Shown piece after piece: positions 8,264 to 17,801 of a stretch of 64,000 nt of DNA. This DNA is from a virus. Its lineage: Duplodnaviria > Caudoviricetes. The translations under genes were made by a program, and so were the position numbers. The first letter of the stretch is position 1; each line of letters opens with the position of its first letter. The notes under the pieces are model-generated. The model ran no database searches. It had not been told where the DNA came from and saw nothing but the letters and a program-made list of their open reading frames with translations. The DNA lies in IMG/VR virus record IMGVR_UViG_3300025671_008697. One strand, 5' to 3'.

Positions 8264-8586
8264 TTACAATTACAGAATCAGCAGTTGAAAAATTAAAAGA
8301 CCTGCTGGCAGAAGAAAATAATCCGGACCTTAAACTACGTACTTTTGTACAGGGTGGTGGTTGCTCTGGCATGCAGTATGGTTTTACTTTCGATGAAATT
8401 GCCAACGAAGACGATTGGGAGGAAGATTTTGACGGTGTTAAAATTCTTATAGACTCAATGAGTGCCACATACTTAGATGGTGCTCGAATTGACTATAAAG
8501 AAGATCTAATGGGTGCTAGTTTTAGCATCAACAACCCCAACGCTGAAACAACCTGCGGTTGCGGAAGCAGTTTTAGCCCATATTAA
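8260..8586 (+). CDS. erpA: A-type Fe-S cluster carrier (ErpA/IscA)
   Basis: [11 protein letters not shown] and [14 protein letters not shown]. Confidence 0.9.
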   Translation: MITITESAVEKLKDLLAEENNPDLKLRTFVQGGGCSGMQYGFTFDEIANEDDWEEDFDGVKILIDSMSATYLDGARIDYKEDLMGASFSINNPNAETTCGCGSSFSPY

Positions 8587-8640
8587 TCACTGAAGCCTAA
8601 ACTCTAAGTCCGATAAATAACTAAAACGGATTCTAGAACT

Positions 8641-9609
8641 ATGGCTCTTTTACCTAATATTAATGTCGGAACCTCTCCCAACGATGGAACAGGAAGCAGT
8701 CTCCGCGATGCGTTTATTATTGTAAACGAAAATTTTCAACTTATTGAAGCATTTTTCCCCAACTCCAGTGTTGCTAATTTAGCAGCGAACATTGAGAGCA
8801 CCGGAACTAGTGTGTTTAATATTGCTAACGTTGATGTGTTGAATGTTAACACAATATCTAGTTATACTACAACAGATATTACAGCAACAAATATTACTGT
8901 TGACGTTCTTAGTGCAAACACTATTACTGGCTTCACTGTTTCGGGGAACATTACCGCCAACATAGAAAGTACTGGAGAAAGCACATTTAACCTAGCAACT
9001 TTTTCAGGAAACAGTACATTCACCGCCAATCTAATTGCAGATACAACTATTGCAAACATCGCAAATTTAGACATTATTAATGCTACTAATGTGGTTGCAA
9101 GTGCAAACATAACTGCAGGAAATTTAAATATTTTAGAGACGACCAGTGTTACTTCTCTAACAATTAGTCAAGATGCAGTCGTAACTGGTAATGTAAGTTC
9201 TGGTGGAACCTTTAGCACTATAAGCACGCAAAGTGGTCTTCTTGTAGTACCAGGAACTTTTAAAGCCAACGGACGGTTTAGCGCAAACACCCATACTATC
9301 ACATCTGATGCAAATTTAGCGGCCAGTCCTATCTATGCACAAACCATAGTTGCAAATTTAACTGCAGGAAATATTACTATAACTTTGCCAAATGCCAGTG
9401 TGCCGTATTCCAAAGGAATATGGTATACATTTATTTGTTACGATGAAGGCGGTCTAGATAACAGAACACTAACAATAAACGTGCAACCTTCAGCAGGAAA
9501 CATTTGGACTAGTGCAAATACGCAGAATACTTTTGTTAATGTTGGCGCAGAATTAGGTACGAATTCAGTTAATTTAAAAACCAATGAAATATATTGGTTC
9601 ACTAGTTAA
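8641..9609 (+). CDS. Virion structural protein (baseplate/tail-fibre type)
   Basis: N-terminal NINVGTSPNDGTGSSLRDAF (T4 gp9/gp10-like motif); Asn/Thr/Ala-rich beta repeats; TAAATA at 8614-8619. Confidence 0.75.
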   Translation: MALLPNINVGTSPNDGTGSSLRDAFIIVNENFQLIEAFFPNSSVANLAANIESTGTSVFNIANVDVLNVNTISSYTTTDITATNITVDVLSANTITGFTVSGNITANIESTGESTFNLATFSGNSTFTANLIADTTIANIANLDIINATNVVASANITAGNLNILETTSVTSLTISQDAVVTGNVSSGGTFSTISTQSGLLVVPGTFKANGRFSANTHTITSDANLAASPIYAQTIVANLTAGNITITLPNASVPYSKGIWYTFICYDEGGLDNRTLTINVQPSAGNIWTSANTQNTFVNVGAELGTNSVNLKTNEIYWFTS

Positions 9610-9617
9610 TACATTAT

Positions 9618-12600
9618 ATGGCAGCGACTTGGATAACCCCCGCAGGTAGTTTAGGCGTAATTCCTGAACTGCAAACTTATACACTAAACCTCGAAACTTA
9701 TAGTCCTGGTTCAAGTGTAACATATACTCTTATATCCGGAGCACTACCTTCAGGTTTATCTTTAGCATCAAATGGAAACATATCGGGAAATACTTTAAAT
9801 GTTACTGGAACTATTACCAGTAACTTTACAGTAAGAGCAACAGATACCATTGGTGCAGTAGCAGATAGAAGTTTTAACTTAACAGTTGCCAGCGTACTTC
9901 AACCTGAGATCACACCCAACACAGGTGCATTAAGTTTTCAAATTGCAGGTAGTTATTTTCAACAAACTTTCACCCTAGTTGATACTTCCAATTTGGCAGA
10001 TACTAGTTTTATTATACTTGCTGGTAATGTCGCTCCTAATCTTACATTGTATGCAAATGGTAATTTGTTTGGCCATATAGAACCGGTAACTGCCAACACA
10101 AACTTTGAATTCGATATTAGAGCAACTGACGGAACAAAATTTGATAATAACTACTTTTCGCAGTGGGTTATAAACAGAAAGAGTCTAACTGCAGACACCA
10201 CTTACTATAATACTGACAACGTTAGTATCATTACCGCAGATACAAGTTCGTTGTATTCTCCATTTTTGGTTACACCTGCTGGCCTATTAGGAAATGTCAG
10301 AGAAGGTAATAACTTTAACGTGCAAGTTCTAGCAACAGATTATGATGAAGATTATCTTACATATGAACTGGTGTCAGGTACACTGCCGACGGGACTTTCC
10401 TTAGTTGCTAATACTGGCTGGATTACAGGTACTATTCCTTTGTCAGGAAATGTAAGAGGAACTCTTAGCACGTTTGAAGTTAGGGCATTTAAGAGGTTTA
10501 ATACCGATTTTGTGTCAGAAACCAGAGAGTATAGTATACAAGTAATAGGTGCGCTCGACGAAGAAGTTATTTGGATTACTAGCAGTAACATTGGATCAAT
10601 TTACAATGGCGAAATCAGTGAACTATATGTAGAAGCAGAACTTAGTTCTGGATCACAACTACAATATAGTTTGGTAGGAAATGGTTTAGGTGGTTTGCCG
10701 GCCGGACTAGAGTTTGTATCAGACGGTACCATAGCAGGCAGAGTAAGTTTCGAAACAAATGCAGCGGTAGACACATATACTTTTACAGTCAGAGCCAGCG
10801 ATGTCAATGGGTTATTTTACAGCGATAAAGAATTTACTTTAAATGTTAATCAACGTAATGCAAGACCTTATGAAAATTTATATGTTCAAGTTTTACCTGA
10901 CAGAGCAGGGCGCCTAATCTATAACGAATTGCTAAACACCACCGACATATTCCCTCCAGATTATATCTACAGATATTGGGATCCTTGGTTTAGCAAAAAT
11001 ACACTGCGTCGAATGTTGTTCTTAACTGGATTAAACCCCGACACAGACAGTCAGTATATCAATGCCATGACCTTAAACCACTATTGGAAAACACTAAGGT
11101 TTGGTGAGGTCAAAACTGCCGTTGCCAAAGATGATAACTTTAATACTGTGTACGAAGTTGTTTATATTGACATTATTGATCAGCAGGTAAACGCCAGTGG
11201 CGTTGGCCCTAACATTGCTGAAACTGTGCCCACAAACAGTCAAAACATCAGCACAGTTTACCCCAACAGTTTCCCCAATATGATTCAAAGGTTGGCAGGT
11301 AATAATACCAGCACAACCACAGAATACACATTCTACACTGACGCAAACCTCACTATCGAAAACCCCAATCCCAATATTACAAGCAATCTTGATTATTTTG
11401 GCTTCAGTACAAGTTTATATGGCGACTATGTAGCAGTAAGTGCTATGCATGAAGATAACGACATTGAAGGAACAAACTCAGGTAATGTCTATATTTTTAA
11501 TGCCACAACCGGCTCATTAATTGCCAACGTTGGAAATAACAATGGCACCGCAGTAGACGGCCGATTTGGTTACTCAGTGAGTATAGATAATCAAGCAGGT
11601 AATGTCATGGCTGTGGGTGCGCCCTATGATGATGTAGGAATATATACTCAAACAGGCACAGTAACAATTTTTAAAACAGACACTGGCGATTGGTCTGATA
11701 TTACCAGAGTTATTAAAATCGATAATCCCATTTCATCTTCCAACGAATATTTTGGTTGGTCTGTAAGCGTAAGCGGAAAATATGTGCTTGTTGGAGCAGT
11801 GCAAAATGATACCGAGGGATCGAACTACGGTCGAGCATATGTTTATGACACAGCAGGCACGTTACTACATATCTTAAAAAATCCATTTACAGATTGGGAT
11901 CCTACAAGCGACCAATTTGGTTATGCGGTTGCTGCTTATGGACAGTATGGCGTTGTCACTTCTTACCTTGCAGATCCTTTGGGATCAAACTATGAAGGAG
12001 CAGTTGCAATCTTCAATCTCAGTACAGGGCAACTAATAAAAATAATAACCAATCCCAATTTCTATGGCGGGTCTGTTGCTGATCAGTTTGGTTACCGAGT
12101 GGCCATGTCTGCAAACTATATGGCAGTAACTGCAAACCTTGCTGATGAGCCTGACCCTTCTATCGTGTCCGATGGACTTGTTTATGTTTATCGTTCAATC
12201 AGCGGCTCTTGGCAAGACTGTGAGTTATTATATACATTGCGTAATCCAAAATATGGCAACGATAATTCTACAAGCCAGAATTTTGGTATTGGCCTGGCCA
12301 TAAACGATAGATACGTTGTTGCTGGTGCTTATGGTGCAAACTACCCTGTATCAAATAGCGGTGTTGGCTATGTGTTTGATTTGCGTAACGGTCAGTTGGT
12401 GCAGACCGTGCCAAATCCTAACCCACAAGTGAATGATTATTTTGCTTGGGCTCCATTTATAGACAAAAACAATAACATAGCATTTACGACTCGTGGTTTA
12501 TCTACAAGCGGAAACGTTTACATATTCAATCCAGATTCCTCAACAACTTCAGTTGACAACAGTGTGGGCTATCAGGACAGGGGTATACTGCCACGCTGGA

Positions 12601-13547
12601 TGACCAGTAGACAACCAGACGGCACTGTACTTGGCTTTACCAGAGCACTTGTGTTGTGTTATACCAATCCAGGTCGCAGTGCAGAAGTTGCTTACAGAGT
12701 GCGCAATGCTTATCAGGACTTTAACTTAATAGATTTTACAATTGATAGGTATGAATGGGACAGCATCCTCAGCAACAACTACATTAAATCCAATGAAGCA
12801 GTTGCAGGTACTGGCTATTTGATTGCAAACACACAAAGCAATATTGTGACAGGTAACAGCACAATATTCAGCGGCGAGTTAGCAGCCAACGCAACACTGT
12901 ATGTAGGTGGTGTTATTATCGGAAATGTTGTAACCATTACAGGCAACACAACACTGGTTATGGATGCAAACAGTTACAGTAACGTTTCCAACCTTTCCTT
13001 TACCTACAGTAACATATTCTTGAATAACAACTATGTGATTGCGACAGGTAACATATCTGCAAATACTACTAGTAATGTAATCACAGGTATTGCAGCCAAC
13101 ATCACAGGTACAGGCACAATTACAGGTAACACAGAAAGTACCACAATTACTGGCACAGGCACTACGTTTACCACAGAAGCAACTGTTGGTAAAAACATTT
13201 ATGTTTCTGGAAATAGTATTGGTACTATTCGCAGCATTATAAGTGCAAACACACTCACGGTGCTCAACCCGCTACCATCTAATGTTTCAAGTGCAAGTTT
13301 TGAAATTGAAGGAGTAAGTACTCTATTCACATCAGAGTTGCATATAGGTGATGCTGTTGTAGTAAATACTAACGTAGTTCTTGGCTATGTAAGCAGCATT
13401 ACAAGCGATACTAGTATGAATTTAAGTGCTAATAGTACTGCAAACGTAAATAATTTGTCATACAGTCACACATTTAGAGATCCTTACACTACCCCAACAA
13501 GTGGTGATAAATATCTTAAGTATCCACAATTTGGAGTTTTAAGTTAA
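9618..13547 (+). CDS. Large baseplate/tail protein with Ig/cadherin-like repeats and an FG-GAP beta-propeller
   Basis: Repeated W.TPAGSLG / LPSGLSL..G.ISG / FTVRATD Ig-like modules; seven FG.SV-type blades. Confidence 0.75.
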   Translation: MAATWITPAGSLGVIPELQTYTLNLETYSPGSSVTYTLISGALPSGLSLASNGNISGNTLNVTGTITSNFTVRATDTIGAVADRSFNLTVASVLQPEITPNTGALSFQIAGSYFQQTFTLVDTSNLADTSFIILAGNVAPNLTLYANGNLFGHIEPVTANTNFEFDIRATDGTKFDNNYFSQWVINRKSLTADTTYYNTDNVSIITADTSSLYSPFLVTPAGLLGNVREGNNFNVQVLATDYDEDYLTYELVSGTLPTGLSLVANTGWITGTIPLSGNVRGTLSTFEVRAFKRFNTDFVSETREYSIQVIGALDEEVIWITSSNIGSIYNGEISELYVEAELSSGSQLQYSLVGNGLGGLPAGLEFVSDGTIAGRVSFETNAAVDTYTFTVRASDVNGLFYSDKEFTLNVNQRNARPYENLYVQVLPDRAGRLIYNELLNTTDIFPPDYIYRYWDPWFSKNTLRRMLFLTGLNPDTDSQYINAMTLNHYWKTLRFGEVKTAVAKDDNFNTVYEVVYIDIIDQQVNASGVGPNIAETVPTNSQNISTVYPNSFPNMIQRLAGNNTSTTTEYTFYTDANLTIENPNPNITSNLDYFGFSTSLYGDYVAVSAMHEDNDIEGTNSGNVYIFNATTGSLIANVGNNNGTAVDGRFGYSVSIDNQAGNVMAVGAPYDDVGIYTQTGTVTIFKTDTGDWSDITRVIKIDNPISSSNEYFGWSVSVSGKYVLVGAVQNDTEGSNYGRAYVYDTAGTLLHILKNPFTDWDPTSDQFGYAVAAYGQYGVVTSYLADPLGSNYEGAVAIFNLSTGQLIKIITNPNFYGGSVADQFGYRVAMSANYMAVTANLADEPDPSIVSDGLVYVYRSISGSWQDCELLYTLRNPKYGNDNSTSQNFGIGLAINDRYVVAGAYGANYPVSNSGVGYVFDLRNGQLVQTVPNPNPQVNDYFAWAPFIDKNNNIAFTTRGLSTSGNVYIFNPDSSTTSVDNSVGYQDRGILPRWMTSRQPDGTVLGFTRALVLCYTNPGRSAEVAYRVRNAYQDFNLIDFTIDRYEWDSILSNNYIKSNEAVAGTGYLIANTQSNIVTGNSTIFSGELAANATLYVGGVIIGNVVTITGNTTLVMDANSYSNVSNLSFTYSNIFLNNNYVIATGNISANTTSNVITGIAANITGTGTITGNTESTTITGTGTTFTTEATVGKNIYVSGNSIGTIRSIISANTLTVLNPLPSNVSSASFEIEGVSTLFTSELHIGDAVVVNTNVVLGYVSSITSDTSMNLSANSTANVNNLSYSHTFRDPYTTPTSGDKYLKYPQFGVLS

Positions 13548-14744
13548 ATGGCCAGTCAGATTAATCAAAATACCATTGATGCTACTTATCCTATAGCAGG
13601 ACAGGATAATAGCAGTCAAGGATTTCGCAACAACTTTAGTGCAATTCAAACTAATTTTGGATATGCTTATAACGAAATTAGCAGTTTGCAGTCTAACGCT
13701 ATTATAAGAAATCAAAACAACGATTTGGGTGGAAATACTACAATCACTTCAGGTACATTTAGGACTAGCAGAGAAACTATTTTTGCTATAGGATCCGTAT
13801 CAGGCAATATTCCTTTAGATTACCTAAACGGAAGTTATCAAACTATTACACTAACTGGTAGTACAGTTTTAACTTTCAATAGTTTTAGTGGTGCTAATGG
13901 ACAGCAAACAAGATTTAGACTAGAAGTTACAATTACAGATACCAGTTTTACACTTACAATACCTGCCTCAGTTAGTATTAACAAAGACACTATCGCTGGA
14001 ATTAGTGGAAATACCATTTATTTTTCAGATCCTGGTACTTACATTTTTGAGTTTGCTACTAATAATGGTGGTACAAGTTTTCATGTTTCTGACCTGAGTA
14101 GGCCACGTAACGAAATGCAAGGTAATGTAAGTGTTGTTACTTCGATCAACAATGCAGCACAAGCCGGCATCACAATGACTGTAACAAATGTCAGCGGGAA
14201 TGCATATGGTACTATTACTTGTGACGAAATAGTAACAGGCAATTTAACGTATGATGCTAACGGTGCAGTATTCAGTGGCAACGTAGAAGCAGATTGGTTT
14301 ATCGCTAATAGTGGATATATCGGAAATATACGAACACCTAGCCAAACTTTTATTACAGATTTAGGCACACTTAATAGTTTGAGTGTTAGCGGAAACGCTA
14401 ATATTGGTAACCTAACAGTCAATGGCATCACAGACATGTGTGCAGGAACAGTTTACGGGTTACAGTTTGTACCTAATGCTGCGGCAGCATCAAGTACTCA
14501 GATATATAGTAATGTTGGTACTGTAATTATTGCCCCAAATGCAGTAATTGCCAGTTATACATTAACTATGCCATCAACTCCGATGAATGGACAAATTATT
14601 AAAATTGCCTTTGCAAATACAATTACAACATTAACACACACAACTGTTGGAGGCCAAACCTTACTAGGTGCTCTAACAACTGCTGGTGTAACTACTGGCG
14701 GAGAATGGCTATATTACGACAGTGTTTGGTACAAAACTACTTAA
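13548..14744 (+). CDS. Virion structural/tail-fibre-like protein
   Basis: YPIAGQDNSSQGFRNNF N-terminus; Thr/Asn/Gly-rich beta structure; follows baseplate genes. Confidence 0.7.
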   Translation: MASQINQNTIDATYPIAGQDNSSQGFRNNFSAIQTNFGYAYNEISSLQSNAIIRNQNNDLGGNTTITSGTFRTSRETIFAIGSVSGNIPLDYLNGSYQTITLTGSTVLTFNSFSGANGQQTRFRLEVTITDTSFTLTIPASVSINKDTIAGISGNTIYFSDPGTYIFEFATNNGGTSFHVSDLSRPRNEMQGNVSVVTSINNAAQAGITMTVTNVSGNAYGTITCDEIVTGNLTYDANGAVFSGNVEADWFIANSGYIGNIRTPSQTFITDLGTLNSLSVSGNANIGNLTVNGITDMCAGTVYGLQFVPNAAAASSTQIYSNVGTVIIAPNAVIASYTLTMPSTPMNGQIIKIAFANTITTLTHTTVGGQTLLGALTTAGVTTGGEWLYYDSVWYKTT

Positions 14745-14753
14745 TCGAATTAT

Positions 14754-14782
14754 TTGACAATTTCCTAATTTGGTTGTAAAAT
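14754..14782 (+). promoter_or_regulatory. sigma70-like promoter
   Basis: TTGACA(14754-14759)-17 nt-TAAAAT(14777-14782); AGGAG SD downstream. Confidence 0.75.
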
Positions 14783-14804
14783 TCTATAACAAATAGGAGA
14801 ATGA

Positions 14805-15215
14805 ATGCAAGTAGACCTAAAAAAATACGAAAAGTTTGTAAACGCTGTAACTTCTGCGGAAAGTAACTCCATAAACCATTTCCAAAATCGATTAAGAGAT
14901 CTTGCCTACAATAACGACGGCTACAATTTTTCTTTGCTTTTAACTGCAGGAATTGGATTGGCTAGTGAAGGCGGTGAGTTTAATGAGATCGTTAAAAAAA
15001 TATTTTTTCAAGGAAAAGAGTTCAACCAAGAAAATGTTTTTCACATGAAGCGCGAATTAGGAGATATTATGTGGTACTGGGTTAATGCTTGTAGGGCATT
15101 GAATCTTGATCCGAATGATGTTATTGCTGAAAATGTACGTAAATTGGAATCTAGGTATCCAGATGGTCAATTTGATGTTTATTACAGTGAGAATCGAAAA
15201 GAAGGCGACCTGTGA
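14805..15215 (+). CDS. MazG-like NTP pyrophosphohydrolase
   Basis: GLASEGGEFNEIVKK...KRELGDIMWY...NVRKLESRYP. Confidence 0.88.
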   Translation: MQVDLKKYEKFVNAVTSAESNSINHFQNRLRDLAYNNDGYNFSLLLTAGIGLASEGGEFNEIVKKIFFQGKEFNQENVFHMKRELGDIMWYWVNACRALNLDPNDVIAENVRKLESRYPDGQFDVYYSENRKEGDL

Positions 15216-15361
15216 TTAACGATAAAAAGTACATTGAACTACCCGACGAGATAGTTGACAAACTGGAGGAAATTCTACTATACTTAGAAGATGGTAGAGT
15301 ATACCTGGCACGTGAGCAACTAGAGCAGTTGTTGGGCATAGAACACAAGGACCACGCATAA
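15212..15361 (+). CDS. 49-aa hypothetical protein (not in ORF track)
   Basis: GTG start overlapping the mazG stop; MINDKKYIELPDEIVDKLEEILLYLEDGRVYLAREQLEQLLGIEHKDHA. Confidence 0.5.
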   Translation: MINDKKYIELPDEIVDKLEEILLYLEDGRVYLAREQLEQLLGIEHKDHA

Positions 15362-15600
15362 TGCATCCACTAACTCCAGATTTAAGCACGTTGAGCGACG
15401 AAGAACTTGCCAAAAAAGTTCAAGACTTAAATAGACGTATGACTCAGGCTTGGAGTTCGGGTAATGGAGAATTACTACAACAAGTTCAAATGATGTTGGA
15501 AGACTATAACGAAGAACTTAATAAACGTCAACGCAAGATGATGGAAGATCTCGCCAAAAAAGCCGGCCGAGACTTTGACGACATTATCGACATCAAATGA
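15361..15600 (+). CDS. Coiled-coil hypothetical protein
   Basis: MHPLTPDLSTLSDEEL...DFDDIIDIK. Confidence 0.7.
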   Translation: MHPLTPDLSTLSDEELAKKVQDLNRRMTQAWSSGNGELLQQVQMMLEDYNEELNKRQRKMMEDLAKKAGRDFDDIIDIK

Positions 15601-16109
15601 GATATGACGCAGTAGGTCAGGCATGGTGTACAACTACAGAGTTGTGCGACTTGCTTTATAAAAATCCCGACTTAGATATAACTAACTTCCTTGTCGAAGA
15701 TGGACATAAGTTCAATCACAGTGTGAGAACACTATTTGCAGAGATGCCATTACTTAAAAACTATACTGAGTGGATTGGAGACGTCAACGAGTTCCATGAT
15801 TCTAAACAGAACACATGGCTAATGCCCGCAGAGTATCGAGAATTAGATATTGCGGCATGGCTGCTAAGTCAATGTACTAAAGAAGCAGAACTACAAAGAG
15901 TTGGTGAAGAATTACTACTTTATCAAGAGCGAGACTTGTTCAACTTACTTCGTTTTATGAAATATCTAGTAGATACACTTAGAAAAAACAACGTAGTTTG
16001 GGGTGTTGGGCGTGGATCCAGTGTAGCCAGTTATATACTTTACTTAATTGGTGTACATAAAATCAACAGTCTATATTATGACCTGGACATCCAGGAATTT
16101 CTTAAATAG
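15597..16109 (+). CDS. Stand-alone fragment homologous to DNA polymerase III alpha subunit
   Basis: WGVGRGSSVASYILYLIGVHKINSLYYDL is the DnaE GxGRGS motif; only 170 aa. Confidence 0.8.
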   Translation: MRYDAVGQAWCTTTELCDLLYKNPDLDITNFLVEDGHKFNHSVRTLFAEMPLLKNYTEWIGDVNEFHDSKQNTWLMPAEYRELDIAAWLLSQCTKEAELQRVGEELLLYQERDLFNLLRFMKYLVDTLRKNNVVWGVGRGSSVASYILYLIGVHKINSLYYDLDIQEFLK

Positions 16110-16124
16110 TTTACTAGGGAGAAC

Positions 16125-16352
16125 ATGATGGCACGTGGCGTATACAGAACAGCACAGGGCAAGTTCATTAATATGGATAATTTAAGACTGCAAAACGAAC
16201 AAGAACGTGCAGTTGGAAATATGGCAGTAAACGCCAGAGGTGATCAAGTAAACAAACAAGGTCAAGTCGTAAAAGGACGTAACCAAGCAATCAATGAACG
16301 CTATCACGAACGTGATCAAGCAGCAAGACAAGCAATGAGGAAACCTAAATAA
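16125..16352 (+). CDS. Hypothetical protein
   Basis: YRTAQGKFINM...AVGNMAVNARGD; TAAATA at 16103-16108; GGAGA SD. Confidence 0.7.
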   Translation: MMARGVYRTAQGKFINMDNLRLQNEQERAVGNMAVNARGDQVNKQGQVVKGRNQAINERYHERDQAARQAMRKPK

Positions 16353-16775
16353 ATGGCAATTGAAAACCCTTTCGATCAAAAAATTGGATTTAAATTTACT
16401 AATAAAATCAAAAGTGTAAGAGCACTTAAAAATCATATTCTTGCAAGGGATATGGCATTTGGTAGTAGACAACTTAGTAGTGGTATCGTATTACTAGACG
16501 ACGACGGCAAGTCAGATGGTATTAGACCACGTTGGTGTCAAGTATATGCAGTTGGACCAGAACAAAAAGATGTCGAAGTTGGACAATGGATTCTGGTTGA
16601 GCATGGTCGTTGGACCCGAGGTGTCAAAGTAGATATCGACAATGCCGAGTTTACACTACGCAGGATTGACGGTGATGCTGTCATGCTGGTCAGTGATGAA
16701 CTGCCACCAGACGACACAGTCAGTACCGCAGTTGATGGTAACGCACAGCAAAGGATTGACTGGAGTCAACAGTGA
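16353..16775 (+). CDS. GroES/gp31-like co-chaperonin
   Basis: RALKNHIL...SSGIVL...VYAVGPEQKDVEVGQWILV. Confidence 0.75.
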   Translation: MAIENPFDQKIGFKFTNKIKSVRALKNHILARDMAFGSRQLSSGIVLLDDDGKSDGIRPRWCQVYAVGPEQKDVEVGQWILVEHGRWTRGVKVDIDNAEFTLRRIDGDAVMLVSDELPPDDTVSTAVDGNAQQRIDWSQQ

Positions 16776-17011
16776 TCCGAGACTGGAACAGAGAAAAGAT
16801 TGAGCAGGAAATTTGGAAAATAAAATTTGCTGCTACGGATCCCAGAATGGACGGATTTACTACTTGGGGTTGCAAACAAGATTTAATTCGTTTAAAATAC
16901 TACATTGAAGACGCATTAGAAGATTGCTCAACCTACGTAGGTGAACAAGAGTTTATTAATAAACTTGAAGCAGAACGAACTTTCCGCGAATTAAAAAAGA
17001 CTCATGCTTAA
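16772..17011 (+). CDS. Hypothetical protein
   Basis: ORF track; coupled overlaps on both sides. Confidence 0.65.
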   Translation: MIRDWNREKIEQEIWKIKFAATDPRMDGFTTWGCKQDLIRLKYYIEDALEDCSTYVGEQEFINKLEAERTFRELKKTHA

Positions 17012-17174
17012 AACAGTCAGGGCTGTGCTTTGGAGTTTTCTTGGGGTACGTGGTAAAGAAGAATTCGAACAAGACAAAACACAGTTAACACCTATCACAT
17101 TAATAGCAGTGGGGTTCGTGCTCTGTGTTGTATTTGTAATAGCATTAATGATTTTAGTAAACATTGTAGTATGA
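17004..17174 (+). CDS. DUF2970-like small membrane protein (not in ORF track)
   Basis: MLKTVRAVLWSFLGVRGKEEFEQDKTQLTPITLIAVGFVLCVVFVIALMILVNIVV. Confidence 0.7.
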   Translation: MLKTVRAVLWSFLGVRGKEEFEQDKTQLTPITLIAVGFVLCVVFVIALMILVNIVV

Positions 17175-17632
17175 TATTCAATAAAGTAAGAGAACTTAAA
17201 CAACAAGGTCTCAAGATAGGAATTACGTTTAGTACATTTGACTTGCTACACGCAGGACATGTTGCTATGCTCAGTGAATGTAAAAACCACTGTGATTATT
17301 TGATTGCTGCACTACAAACTGATCCCACAATTGACAGACCAGACACAAAAAATCCACCAGTACAGAGTATAGTAGAACGGCAGATACAGTTGGCTGCTAC
17401 TCGCTACGTAGATGAGATAGTGGTATACCAAACTGAAAAAGATTTGGAGGACATATTGTTAACACTACCCATAGATGTTAGAATTTTGGGTGTAGAATAT
17501 GCTGACAAAGATTTCACCGGCCGTCAAATTTGCATTGACAGAGACATTGAAATTGTTTACAATAAGCGGGATCACTCGTTTAGTAGCAGTAACTTACGCA
17601 AACGAGTAGCAGAGGCACAGAAAAATGGGTGA
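17171..17632 (+). CDS. Cytidylyltransferase (glycerol-3-phosphate CT/TagD-like)
   Basis: STFDLLHAGH (HIGH motif), RYVDEIV, RDHSFSSSNLR. Confidence 0.88.
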   Translation: MIFNKVRELKQQGLKIGITFSTFDLLHAGHVAMLSECKNHCDYLIAALQTDPTIDRPDTKNPPVQSIVERQIQLAATRYVDEIVVYQTEKDLEDILLTLPIDVRILGVEYADKDFTGRQICIDRDIEIVYNKRDHSFSSSNLRKRVAEAQKNG

Positions 17633-17801
17633 CGGTGGTAAAGGCTCGAGCCCTAGACCTTATAGTGTAGATCAAAAAACATTCAGCGACAATTGGGACG
17701 CTATTTTCGGCAAGAAGAAAAAACCATCACCTGACGACAATCAAAAGAAAGATAACAATGAAAGAACTTTGGACAGAGAAGTACAGACCCCGGACAGTTG
17801 A
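17625..17801 (+). CDS. 58-aa conserved small phage protein (not in ORF track)
   Basis: MGDGGKGSSPRPYSVDQKTFSDNWDAIFGKK. Confidence 0.6.
   Translation: MGDGGKGSSPRPYSVDQKTFSDNWDAIFGKKKKPSPDDNQKKDNNERTLDREVQTPDS

Noticed and set aside
16346-16351. TAAATA 1 nt before the GroES-like ATG as a late promoter
   Set aside because: It overlaps the upstream stop codon and is too close to the start; probably coincidental.
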